Shown: positions 1 to 10,200 of the stretch, one piece after another
Layout: the number at the start of each line of letters is the position of its first letter
Numbering within the stretch: position 1 is the stretch's first letter
Assembly (NCBI GenBank): GCA_027487835.1
Contig: JAIYCU010000028.1
Span: 22,930 to 86,929, forward strand
Length of the DNA: 64,000 bases
Direction: 5' to 3'
Origin: Bacteroidota bacterium
Lineage (GTDB): Bacteria; Bacteroidota; Bacteroidia; UKL13-3
The notes under the pieces: model-generated
The model's input: only the letters and a program-made list of their open reading frames with translations
Database searches by the model: none
Told to the model about the DNA's origin: nothing
Made by a program: the position numbers and the translations under genes

Positions 1-47
1 AAGAACAAGGAAATCAATTTAGATTTTAGAGTAAGCATCTGTCAATA

Positions 48-407
48 TTATTTTATTTTTTTCGAAAGGATATAAGCCACAGAAACACCAATGGCATAAG
101 CCAGAATATCAATCCAGAGAAAGCCATGGCCCAGCACCAATGCTCCCAATTTGGTGGCACGAATGGCTTGCAACCAGGATGACTGATACAATTGTGTTAT
201 CTCGATTACGCAGCAAATAAGCCATGCATATACGGCAATTTTATGCGAAGGATGCTGGCTAAAACAAGTACTAAGCAGAAAAAAAATCATCACTGCATAC
301 AAGGCATCACCCGTTTCTGCTGGTAAAAAGCTAAGCTTTCTAGAAAAAATGCCCAATAGAATGGTGATGAAGGTAGCAATTGCAAATTTCAGATGGGGTT
401 TAATCAT
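48..407 (-). CDS. small integral membrane protein (about 4 TM helices; DUF2809-like guess)
   Basis: 119-aa ORF with a hydrophobic helix pattern and no catalytic motifs. Confidence 0.5.
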   Translation of the reverse strand: MIKPHLKFAIATFITILLGIFSRKLSFLPAETGDALYAVMIFFLLSTCFSQHPSHKIAVYAWLICCVIEITQLYQSSWLQAIRATKLGALVLGHGFLWIDILAYAIGVSVAYILSKKIK

Positions 408-431
408 AGGTGTTTAGCAGCCTTAATTGAA

Positions 432-1112
432 TTATTTCTTTAAGTAAATATATAGGCCCACTTGCAAAAAATCTCTACCTGTTTCGTCATTAATTTTATA
501 ATCAAATTGGTGAAGGTATCCAAGCATCATTGCATAAGTAGAAGAAGGCCTGTACTGAAGGTTTGCTGAAATTCTATTGCGTTCAAAATAGGGTTCTCTA
601 TCTGTAAAAAATATTTCATTGCTTGCTGTTACAACAAACTGCTTTTGGCCATCCATCAACTTTCCGAAAGGATAAGAAACGGAAAGTCTATACCTAAACC
701 TATTGCGATAGCCATTACTGGTAAAGCGCATTTCTGAACGATAGCGTTGTTCAACCTTAAACTTTAAAACGGTTTGGTTCAATACAAGTTGAGGCCATAA
801 TCTAAATTCATCATTGTTTTTAGGCACTACAAAATTTCCCCCTTCGCGGTATGTTTGATAAGTACCCGCGCCAAGTCCTATGCTTAAACCTGGTGCAACT
901 TTGTATTGAAATCCAGCCTTGGCTTCATAATAATGGAACTGATGGTAGAAGCCTAAAGAACGCAATTGCGATTCGGCAAAAACGCTCAACTTTGGCGTGG
1001 TTTGGTAGGAAAGACTAAGTATGTTCCAAGTTCCTAAACCGCTGTATTGCGCGTTGAGTAACTTAAAACTTATAGAAATCAGAAACAGTAATCTTGATTT
1101 TTTTTGCATCAT
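432..1112 (-). CDS. DUF2490-like outer-membrane beta-barrel protein
   Basis: The internal start MMQKKSRLLFLISISF gives a signal peptide. Alternating beta-strand pattern with an aromatic C-terminus. The ORF-track start at 1163 would overlap the terminator hairpin, so 1112 is preferred. Confidence 0.55.
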   Translation of the reverse strand: MMQKKSRLLFLISISFKLLNAQYSGLGTWNILSLSYQTTPKLSVFAESQLRSLGFYHQFHYYEAKAGFQYKVAPGLSIGLGAGTYQTYREGGNFVVPKNNDEFRLWPQLVLNQTVLKFKVEQRYRSEMRFTSNGYRNRFRYRLSVSYPFGKLMDGQKQFVVTASNEIFFTDREPYFERNRISANLQYRPSSTYAMMLGYLHQFDYKINDETGRDFLQVGLYIYLKK

Positions 1113-1162
1113 AAAGTTTGATAGTAACAATTTATAATGTCCATTGTTCTTCTTCAATACCA

Positions 1163-1199
1163 AAAAGAGGCTGTTTCAATAATTGAAACAGCCTCTTTT
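1163..1199. terminator. rho-independent terminator hairpin (aaaagaggctgtttcaa / ttgaaacagcctctttt), bidirectional
   Basis: Perfect 17-bp inverted repeat. It is followed by a T-tract on the minus strand, directly downstream of the 1230..1673(-) gene. Confidence 0.75.
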
Positions 1200-1229
1200 A
1201 TTTGTATTGGTTTGAACCAAGAAAACTAT

Positions 1230-1673
1230 TTAGAAAAATTTTGACACATTGCCTAACAATCCACCAAGATCACCAGCATTACCACCAGCAAGGGAACCTA
1301 AAATGCCTTGCATACTAAAGCTATCATCGTTTGGATCATTGGTTTTCTTAGACAAGCTGTTCATTACAATTGGAAGTAAGTTGTTTACAATTCCTTCCGA
1401 CTTGCTAGGTTCAATTCCAAACTTACTTGAAATTAGGTTTGCCACATGACTACCCATGTTAGACATTTCCAATCCATTAGCACTTGCACCATTTGAAATT
1501 AAGCTAGTGATACCTTCTAAACTTCCACCACCAGCAAGGTACTTTAAATGATCCATGATTCCTTCTGCAGTGGTATTAATTACTGCATCATTGTTTTCAT
1601 TCGGGACGTCGCTGTTGTTAATGATGGCGTCTGAGGCGTTTTCTTTTACAAGATTAATCAGTTGTTCTAACAT
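1230..1673 (-). CDS. hypothetical Gly/Ser/Asn-rich protein
   Basis: 147-aa ORF followed by an intrinsic terminator. No recognisable domain. Confidence 0.5.
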   Translation of the reverse strand: MLEQLINLVKENASDAIINNSDVPNENNDAVINTTAEGIMDHLKYLAGGGSLEGITSLISNGASANGLEMSNMGSHVANLISSKFGIEPSKSEGIVNNLLPIVMNSLSKKTNDPNDDSFSMQGILGSLAGGNAGDLGGLLGNVSKFF

Positions 1674-1780
1674 ATTTTTTTTACTTTGATATTCTACATC
1701 TTCTAATTACCACCAAAGGGTACCCATAAAATGTAGGAATAATTTATTTATAAAGTAAATATAGAAATTAAAATGGTAAT

Positions 1781-4700
1781 TTATTGGCTTACCATAATTT
1801 TCTCAGTATAAATTTCAGAGCCAATTTTTATGTTCACAAAATATAAACCTGCAGGCATTTGATGTTTGTGATTAGTAAAAATTAATCCCCCCTTATTTGA
1901 CAAAGTAAACTCTTCCATTACCTGGCCCATTATATTAATTACAGTAACCTGGGCTGGAGCCTCTTTTTCAAGCGTATTAATTGATAAGGTAAAATTATCA
2001 TGCGAAGGATTTGGATAAATTTCCAAAACATTCATTGGCAATTTATCGGTTTCAACCATTTCTTCTAATTCCATGTTTTGGCCCGACTTATTTAAAGTGG
2101 TTGTTCCATTTAAAACAAATGTTTTAGCTGATCCTGTTCCGCAATTGTTAATGGCTTCCACTCTTAAGGTACCCGACCTAAATAAATTTCCAAATGTTAA
2201 AGATAGGGTATCTGTTGTGGTGGTAATTACATTTCCTAATGCAGTGCCAGAATGAGCGGTAACATTTGTAGCAGGAATAGTCCATTTATAAGAAATCAAC
2301 TCACTTCCATTTGTTACACTTGCCGTGTACCTAACCCTTGTATTTTTAATAGCGGCACCATTGCTTGTAACTTTATAAACTACTGCCTTGTCTGTTTTTA
2401 TAGGCACTCTAAATGTCGACGCAAACCCCGCGTTATTAAATGGCTTTACCGAAATGAAGCCAGAAGTAAATAATGAATCAAAAACAACACCTATGCTGGT
2501 AGCAGTTGAAGAAACCACTTTTAGACCCGTTATTCTTGCAGTATCGTAACCTGCAATGGCTGAATCTCCAATTCGAGAAATCCTTGAACCTTTTGGAAGA
2601 ATATATTGATAACCCAAGTTCCTAACAGGTGTTGCCTCAACGGTAAAATCAAATTCTGAGCTTATACCCGAATTTACTTTAATTGGGCAGGCATTAGTTA
2701 AAACTGGAATCGCACGAATCACAGCATTATTTGACAAATTAATGGTTGGCGATTGAGAAAGCACAAAGTTTTGATTATTTACAATTTTGGCTACCACAGT
2801 TCCTTCTCTCAATAACCCTGTGCCAGAAACCACACTTAATAGCATCCCTTCAGATAATCCAGCAGTGGTTGACACGGTAACAAAAGTGGCAATATTTGAT
2901 GCGCCAGGTGCTGAGGTATAAGCTTCAAACTTATTTTGAGGAACTATGTAAGCATTAAGCACCGACCCAGCCGAAACATTTGAAGTCATGTTGTTTTTAA
3001 GCCTAAACTGTGTAGCATTTACAATTGAGTCAACCGTGTTGGATACTCCAATTATTCCAGCGCCTGATTTTAATCTTATAATGTCTCCTACCTTCAAGCC
3101 CAAAGTGTTGGTAACATTTACAATTTTTCCATTTGAACCTACACCCACAGTTGAAGTCCATGACGGATTGCCAAGGTTATAATTAGGATTTGATATAAGA
3201 TAGTTTATTCTAAAACCAGGCAAGGTCTTCGAAATTCTTACAGAATCTCTTGGAGAAAAACTATTAGAAACTGAACTCTGGGCATTGCAATAAATATACT
3301 TTGGTTTAGCAATAGTAGAAACAAACTTAACAGGATCAGTAAACCTAACTGCTAAAGTTCTAGTACCTTGTCCTGAAACAATCAACACGCCTGTAGGTAC
3401 TGTCCAATTGTAATAATCTGCATTGGGAACATTGGCACAAGTTAGACTTAACGCAGTAGTTGAGCTTGCTGTCCCAATTTCAATTGAATCTTGATTGATT
3501 ACCAAAGGATTTAGGGAAATTGGAGAAATTGTCATTGCAAGTAGTTGCCCACCTTCTACTAACTCGCTTGTTGTAGCATAATGCGCTTGACTCACAAACA
3601 AAAACTTTCCTGAACCTAAAATATTCCTCATATCAATAACCCCTGAGGCTTCTTCTTCTTGAGTCAAAAAGTTAGTTCCTCCAATTCTAAATCTAGTAGA
3701 ATCATGTTCAGCAAGCTGCAACAATTGGTCGGTAACAATATTATAAACCCAAGTTTTACTTAGGTGGGCATTGTTGCCAGCATTTTCCTGAATTATAATC
3801 CTACCCAGCGTATCAATGACAATATTGTCCATCATTTTGATTCCTTCTGTTCCATCTAAAACGGCTGTGATGGTTCCACCAAATTCAGGATTTCTGATAT
3901 TTGTAAATCTAAGTCGATATAACCTGCTAGGATTGCTAAAGGTATTTGAAGTAACAAAATAAAAATCGGCAGGAGTTTTAGGATCCCAAGCACCATCTTC
4001 TGGTTGTAAAAATTTAGTTACGCCTTGGGCATTACTCACAAGCTCAATACCAGCACCTGTTGAATCTTTCACAATTCCTAAGTCAACCATAGTAAAATTA
4101 GTATTAGGCGCAGGGAAGCTTCCATTTAATTCTTGGCTAAGTCCTGTAACTTTTACGGCAAATAATTTTCCATTTGTTAAACCAGCCTTTTCAATGGCAG
4201 AACCAGAATCTATTTTGTTACCAGAATAAAAATAGACTTGGCCTCCCATTTCATTGTCTAGGCCAGCAACTATTGTTCTTTGCCCTCTTGAAGGACAAAC
4301 CACCACATTCTCCCAATTTAATTTACCCAAAAAAGGAAGTTCCACGGTAGTATCTGCATTATCTCCTGTTAATACATGTGCAAAGGCTCTTCCTTCAGCG
4401 CCATTTTCTTCTCCACTTAATAAAATTCTGTCTAGCGTACCAAAAGTACTAGAGGAATTATATAAGGCCGATATAACGGGTAAATCTGCTGAACTCAATT
4501 TGCCAAATCCCATTGGCATTGGACTAGCCGAATCATATAAATCATAGCTTTGGGTTGCGCTGTTCCAAAGCTTTACTTTTTGGATCAAATCTGAACCACT
4601 TTCTATAGTTAAATCTGATTTGTTGATTATCCACTTTGAAACAAAAGCACCTGTTGAGCCATGCGCCCTAGTAATTCCTTGTGCACTTCCTAGTTTGTGG

Positions 4701-7114
4701 TTCATTAATAAAGTGAAGGTGCCATTGTTGTTATCATAAGCCCCTAAACCATCTGGTATGCCGACCATTTTATATCCACCAATTGCCTCTCCAACAGTTA
4801 GCACAGAAGCCAAACTTACTTGAGCGTTGCTAGCAGTTACATAATTTGTTACCGCCAAATTTCTAGTAACTGTTATCGTATATATTTTCACAGTTACGCC
4901 ATCTTCTGCTGTTACTTTTACTTCAATAGTATTGCTTCCGACATTTAATAAAAGCATCCCAGAAATTGTTTCATTTTCTAAATTTCCATATGCACCACCA
5001 TTGATTCTAACTTGAATGGTTGCACTGTCTTGTGATAAAGTTGGTGTAACTTTAAATCCTTTAAAGGCATTAGGTACAGTGCAGGTATAGCTTTGGTTCG
5101 AACCTAAAAAATTAGGGGAAAGATTTAAGCTATTAGGCACTAAATTTACTAGGTTTGCATCATTAGAAAAAACCCTAGTGATGTTCAAAATATAGGTTCT
5201 GGTGCTAATTCCGTCTTCAGCAGTTACACGTAAATAAAAGGTATTTAAACCATTTATTAATGCAAAAGTATCAGAAGGTTCACCACTAACAATTGGGTCA
5301 AAACTGATATTATTTCTGCTAATCTCAATTAAGGCATTGGTGTCGGAAATGGTTGGGGTTATGAGAACACTAGTTGCCATTAGCTCAGCAGCATAAGTAG
5401 AAGTTAAGGGAGAAAAACTTGGAGAAATAGCTCCTGTATTTAGCGACAAGTTATTTAAATTGGCATTTGCAGAAGGAATAGCAAAGTAAGCTGCGTGATT
5501 GTTTTCAATGGTTTGAATTTCAGTATTTGAATAGATATGCGTAAACAAAAGCAACTCATTCAATTTACCCGTATAAAAAACTTGGCCATTCGCAGCCACT
5601 TGGTTGGCGCCAATGGCCAAACTGCTCACAGCGGTTCTTGTTCCTGTATTTAAAGTAGCATTTGCCTCCAATGCATTGCGTGATGCGAAAATATTCGCAG
5701 CACCATTGCTTGAGTTTCTAGTAAAGGAATGGATTTTTGAGGCGGCATTATTACAGATAACATTTCCTGCTGTAGAAACATCACCCAAACCAGCACCGCC
5801 ATTCCCAGCTGTAAATTTGTTGTTGTAAATTCCATAGGCAAAATCGCTCGTGGTTCCGTTTTGGGTAGCACCCAGCAAACCATTCATGTTATGCCATGAA
5901 GCAGCGGCACCACTAGAATTATTTACACTCGTTGCATTATAAACCACGGTTCCACTTAAGTTAGTATTGAAACTACTGGTAGTTATGGTGAGAAACTTAT
6001 TTCCAGAAAACTGAAGACTGGGTTTAAGGTTATTTAAAACAATATCTCCTGCGCTAATAGCAATTGGTTGATTGCTTGTATTTGCTTGAAAGGCATTTCT
6101 ATTGCTATTCCCACTTTGATCATACCAAATTGCCACAGTTGCTGTGGTACTGCCCGAAACCAAAGAATTTAACTCATTACTTGTTACAGGAGAAATAGCA
6201 GTATCATAAGTTCCCAAAACAGCAGAAATATTTGAATTAAGCGAAAAATCTTTTGTTACACTATCAGGATATACATCATAAAAATTACCACCAATGTTAA
6301 CTCTTAATAAGGGGCCAGTATAAGTGGATGAAAGTAACCTTAGCGCATAAGACCCTTGTGGGAGTGAAGTTTCTGGTAAGCCAACAAAATTTAAGGCATT
6401 TAATCTTACTACAGAGATTGAATAGATTTTGATGGTTGTTCCATTTTGCGCAGTTACCTTAACTTGTATGTTATTGGTACCATAATTAAGTGCCAAAGCA
6501 CTTGAAGGGTTTCCGCTATTTACGGTGGCATAAGCCCCATTGTTTACTCTAACCTCAATGCTTGCATTGGCTTGGGCCTTTGTGGGTGTAACCGTAATGC
6601 TGCCAGTTGAACTCACAACATTAGTAACATAACTTAGCGTATTTCTGCCAAAACTTGGAGCAAGTGCACCAGAACTTATGGTTAAAGTATTTAAATCTGC
6701 ATTGGCAGATTGTATTGTATAGCAGAATGAACCTCTGTTCATTAAAGTATCACCACCGTTGCTTGAACCCGTTAAAACAGTGCCGCCCCCGCCCGAGGCC
6801 GTGATTGTCCAGGTAGGTGTGTTGTCATTATTGGTTCCGTTTGTGCTTACCCAAAAAGTGAAGGGTCCATTGTTAGGAGCAGTACCTGAAGCTACATAAG
6901 TAGATGAAGTTGAGTTTGGACCCATGGTATGAACCACATTACCCGCTAAATTTCTAATTTCACAATAGGTTTCATCATAATAGCTTGATCCACTAAGAGA
7001 AATTGAGTAGGTAGTTGTACCGCATTGGGCAAAGGCAGTATTTCCTTGCCATTGGATTACAAAAAGAAAGGCAATAACTAAGCTTTTTAAGGTATTTTTC
7101 AAAGATGGTTTCAT
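1781..7114 (-). CDS. giant T9SS-secreted multidomain protein: signal peptide, 3 cadherin-like beta-sandwich domains, LamG/ConA-like lectin domain, beta-propeller phosphatase-like (PhoX/DUF839-like) module, Ig-like region, T9SS type-A C-terminal sorting domain
   Basis: N-terminal signal peptide. Cadherin-like beta-sandwich repeats (TLTISSGALAPSF..., LSLNTGAISPSFSP..., NLVPNSLNLSPNF...). LamG-like GKLNELLLF motif. About 430-aa module at aa 772-1200 paralogous to a module in the 7285..13998 gene. C-terminal YPNPSHDNFTLS...GLYFVNIKIG matches the T9SS type-A tail. Confidence 0.85.
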   Translation of the reverse strand: MKPSLKNTLKSLVIAFLFVIQWQGNTAFAQCGTTTYSISLSGSSYYDETYCEIRNLAGNVVHTMGPNSTSSTYVASGTAPNNGPFTFWVSTNGTNNDNTPTWTITASGGGGTVLTGSSNGGDTLMNRGSFCYTIQSANADLNTLTISSGALAPSFGRNTLSYVTNVVSSTGSITVTPTKAQANASIEVRVNNGAYATVNSGNPSSALALNYGTNNIQVKVTAQNGTTIKIYSISVVRLNALNFVGLPETSLPQGSYALRLLSSTYTGPLLRVNIGGNFYDVYPDSVTKDFSLNSNISAVLGTYDTAISPVTSNELNSLVSGSTTATVAIWYDQSGNSNRNAFQANTSNQPIAISAGDIVLNNLKPSLQFSGNKFLTITTSSFNTNLSGTVVYNATSVNNSSGAAASWHNMNGLLGATQNGTTSDFAYGIYNNKFTAGNGGAGLGDVSTAGNVICNNAASKIHSFTRNSSNGAANIFASRNALEANATLNTGTRTAVSSLAIGANQVAANGQVFYTGKLNELLLFTHIYSNTEIQTIENNHAAYFAIPSANANLNNLSLNTGAISPSFSPLTSTYAAELMATSVLITPTISDTNALIEISRNNISFDPIVSGEPSDTFALINGLNTFYLRVTAEDGISTRTYILNITRVFSNDANLVNLVPNSLNLSPNFLGSNQSYTCTVPNAFKGFKVTPTLSQDSATIQVRINGGAYGNLENETISGMLLLNVGSNTIEVKVTAEDGVTVKIYTITVTRNLAVTNYVTASNAQVSLASVLTVGEAIGGYKMVGIPDGLGAYDNNNGTFTLLMNHKLGSAQGITRAHGSTGAFVSKWIINKSDLTIESGSDLIQKVKLWNSATQSYDLYDSASPMPMGFGKLSSADLPVISALYNSSSTFGTLDRILLSGEENGAEGRAFAHVLTGDNADTTVELPFLGKLNWENVVVCPSRGQRTIVAGLDNEMGGQVYFYSGNKIDSGSAIEKAGLTNGKLFAVKVTGLSQELNGSFPAPNTNFTMVDLGIVKDSTGAGIELVSNAQGVTKFLQPEDGAWDPKTPADFYFVTSNTFSNPSRLYRLRFTNIRNPEFGGTITAVLDGTEGIKMMDNIVIDTLGRIIIQENAGNNAHLSKTWVYNIVTDQLLQLAEHDSTRFRIGGTNFLTQEEEASGVIDMRNILGSGKFLFVSQAHYATTSELVEGGQLLAMTISPISLNPLVINQDSIEIGTASSTTALSLTCANVPNADYYNWTVPTGVLIVSGQGTRTLAVRFTDPVKFVSTIAKPKYIYCNAQSSVSNSFSPRDSVRISKTLPGFRINYLISNPNYNLGNPSWTSTVGVGSNGKIVNVTNTLGLKVGDIIRLKSGAGIIGVSNTVDSIVNATQFRLKNNMTSNVSAGSVLNAYIVPQNKFEAYTSAPGASNIATFVTVSTTAGLSEGMLLSVVSGTGLLREGTVVAKIVNNQNFVLSQSPTINLSNNAVIRAIPVLTNACPIKVNSGISSEFDFTVEATPVRNLGYQYILPKGSRISRIGDSAIAGYDTARITGLKVVSSTATSIGVVFDSLFTSGFISVKPFNNAGFASTFRVPIKTDKAVVYKVTSNGAAIKNTRVRYTASVTNGSELISYKWTIPATNVTAHSGTALGNVITTTTDTLSLTFGNLFRSGTLRVEAINNCGTGSAKTFVLNGTTTLNKSGQNMELEEMVETDKLPMNVLEIYPNPSHDNFTLSINTLEKEAPAQVTVINIMGQVMEEFTLSNKGGLIFTNHKHQMPAGLYFVNIKIGSEIYTEKIMVSQ

Positions 7115-7239
7115 TTGCTTGGGTAGTGCTAAATAAATTGGTAAAAAGTGCTTCTAAAATAAAGTAGTAAAAATAGTTAATTTAAACCTAGAATAAGGAT
7201 TACTTTAATTATTAAACTATTAAGTTATTTCTAACAAAA

Positions 7240-7267
7240 AAGCCCGCCAACTTTCGTTGGCGGGCTT
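7240..7267. terminator. rho-independent terminator (agcccgccaac-tttc-gttggcgggct) flanked by A/T tracts
   Basis: 11-bp GC-rich stem with a 4-nt loop. T-tract on the minus strand, directly downstream of the 7285..13998(-) stop. Confidence 0.8.
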
Positions 7268-7284
7268 TAAAAAAATACTTAGAA

Positions 7285-10200
7285 TTAGTTATTTACAATA
7301 ATCTTAATTGTGTTCAAGGTTGAACCAATTCTTACTTGTACAAAATATAATCCTGGTGTTAGGTTATGGTTTATTTCGCCCAATACCACTCCGTTGTTAT
7401 TATCAAAAGTGTACTCATCAACCACTTGTCCCATCATGTTTAAAATTGAAACGTTAGCAGATGCTTCCTTTTCTTCAGCAATAACGGATACAGTAAAGTT
7501 AGTTTGATTTGGATTTGGATAAACTGTCAACTTGTTGATTGATAAATTTGTAATCTCGATTTCTTCTATCAATTCAATCTCTTTACCAGCTTTGTTTAAA
7601 GAAGTTGTTCCATTTAAAGTAAATGTTTTTGAAGTACCAGTTCCGCAACTGTTCATCGCTTCAACTCTCAAACTTCCAGATTTAAACAAGTTTCCAAACA
7701 TTAATGAAAGCGTGTCTGTGGTTGTAGTTACAACATTAGCTAGAGCAGAACCCGATAGTGGCGTTACATTTACCGCAGGAATTGTCCATCTGTAACCCGT
7801 TACTTCGCTACCATTGGTAACACTCGCTCTATACCTTACAGCGGTATTTTTGATTGCTGCACCTGTGCTAGTTACTTTGTAAATAGATGCTTTGTCATTT
7901 CTAACGCTAACTCCAAAACTTGCACCAGTTCCAGCATTGTTGTAAGGAAACACCCTAATTGTGCGTGTTGTTAAAGAATTATCAAATACAACTCCGATTG
8001 AATTTGATTTAGTAAATACATCTAATAGAGCTACAGTTGCAGTATCATAACCAACAATGGTAGAATCTCCAATTCTTGAAATTCTTGCTCCATTAGGTAA
8101 CATAAATCTATAACCAATATTGTTAACTGGAGTGGCAACCACTGAGTAATCAACCTCTGAAGTAAAACCAGTAGTTACACTAATTGGGCAAATATTAGTT
8201 AAAACTGGGGTTCCAGCTAAAACTGCATTATTGCTTAAATTTACAATTGGTGTTAATGAAAGTACAAATTTGGTTGAATCAATTATTTTAGAAACAACTG
8301 TACCTGCTTTTAAGGTTCCTGCTCCTGAAACTAAATTTACAGACATTCCTTCTGCTAATCCAGCTGTGCTTGTTACAGTAATAATATTTAAGGCATTGGT
8401 TGCACCTGGAGCAGAAATATACCTAGCAAATGTATTTTGAGGTACAATGAACGACTTCAAGGTAGCACCAGCAGAAATTCCAACCGTAACATTGTTTTTC
8501 AAACGGAATTGTGTTGTGTTCAAAATTGAATCTACTGTATTGTTTAAACCTGTGTTTCCAGTTCCAGCAGTAACCTTAACTAAGTATCCAACTTTTAATC
8601 CAGCTGTACTTGAAACGTTCACAATATTAGCTGAAGAACCAGCAGTTGCAGTTGACATCCATTCTCCTTTGGTTAAGCTCATGTTTGGATTTCCAATAAT
8701 GGCCGCAATGGTAAATAATGGTCTAGTTTTAGTAATTCTTACACTATCTATTTTTGATGAAATTCCTGAAAGTAATATTCTTGCTTGACAAGTAATTACT
8801 CTTGGCTTAGCAACTGGGCTAGAGAATTTAGCAGGATTAGTAAATCTGACAGTTAAGTTAGTAGTTCCTTGTCCTGAAACAATAACAACTCCAGCAGGAA
8901 CTGTCCATCTATAATCATCGGCATTTGGAACCGCAGCGGCAGTAACATTTACTAAACTGTTTGAATCGATTACACCAATTTCAATAGAATCTTGAACAAT
9001 GGCAACATTTCCAACTGATAATTCTGAAATGCTCATGGCAAGCAATTGACCACCTTCTACCAATTCAGTAGTAGTTGGGTAATGTGCTTGGTCTACAAAT
9101 AAAAACTTGCCTTTACCTAAAATATTGTGCATGTCAATGATACCAGATGCTTCTTCATCTTGGGTCAAGAATTTAGAACCACCTGTAAGGAATCTAGCAG
9201 TATCATGACTAGCAATTTGAATTAACCTATCGCTTTCAATATTGTACATCCAAGTTTTACCTAAATGTGCTTGGTTACCAACATCTTCTTGAATAAAGAT
9301 ATTTCCAAAGCTATCGATAGCCATATTATCCATCATTTTAGCACCTTCAGTTCCATCTAAAACTGCTGTGATGGTTCCACCATCTTCTGGTTTAGCAATT
9401 GATTTGAAAGATAATCTCCATAAACGGCTAGGGGTTGTGAACGAAGCAGTGGTTAAGAAATAAAAGTCATTTGTTTTTCTTGGGTTCCATGCACCATCTT
9501 CAGGGCGTAAGAATGCAGTAACAGCATTTGCCGCACTTCTGCTATCTAAACTAGCTCCTGTTGAATCACGAACAATTCCTAAATCAACCATGGTAAATGG
9601 TGTATTGGCAGCAGGAATGCTTGCAGTAACTTCTGTAGCTAAACCAGTAACTTTTACGCCAAACACTTTACCATTATTCAAACCTGCTTTGTCAATTTCA
9701 GTTCCAAGCTTGGTTTTTGTACCAATATAAAAATACACTTGTCCGCCTGTTACATCATCTAATCCTGCCACAATGGTTTTATTTCCTTTTGCTGGACTAG
9801 CCACTGCATTTTCCCATGAGTATTTACCTAAATATGGTAACTCATAACTTGTTCCAGCATTCGTACCTGTTAAAATATGCGCAAATGCTCTTCCTTCTAC
9901 ACCTGATTCTTCTCCACTTAAGAAAATGCGCTCTGCAGTTCCTGTGGTGCCATTTAAAAATGCAGTCACTGGAGGTAAATCAGCAGAACATAAACGACTA
10001 ATACCAGCAGGCATTGGCGAACCAGCATTATACGTATTAAATGTTTTTGCAATTGGATCCCACAATTTAACAGTTGTAATTAAATCAGAACCACTTACAA
10101 CTGATAAGTCAGACTTATTAATAACCCATTTTGATATAAAAGCACCTTTTGAACCATGTGCTCTAACAACTCCTAATGAATTGTTTATTTCATGGTTCAT

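Noticed and set aside
1163-1163. ORF-track start of the DUF2490-like gene at 1163 (MVLKKNNGHY...)
   Set aside because: That start would place the first 17 codons inside the strong terminator hairpin of the upstream gene. The internal Met at 1112 yields a proper signal peptide.
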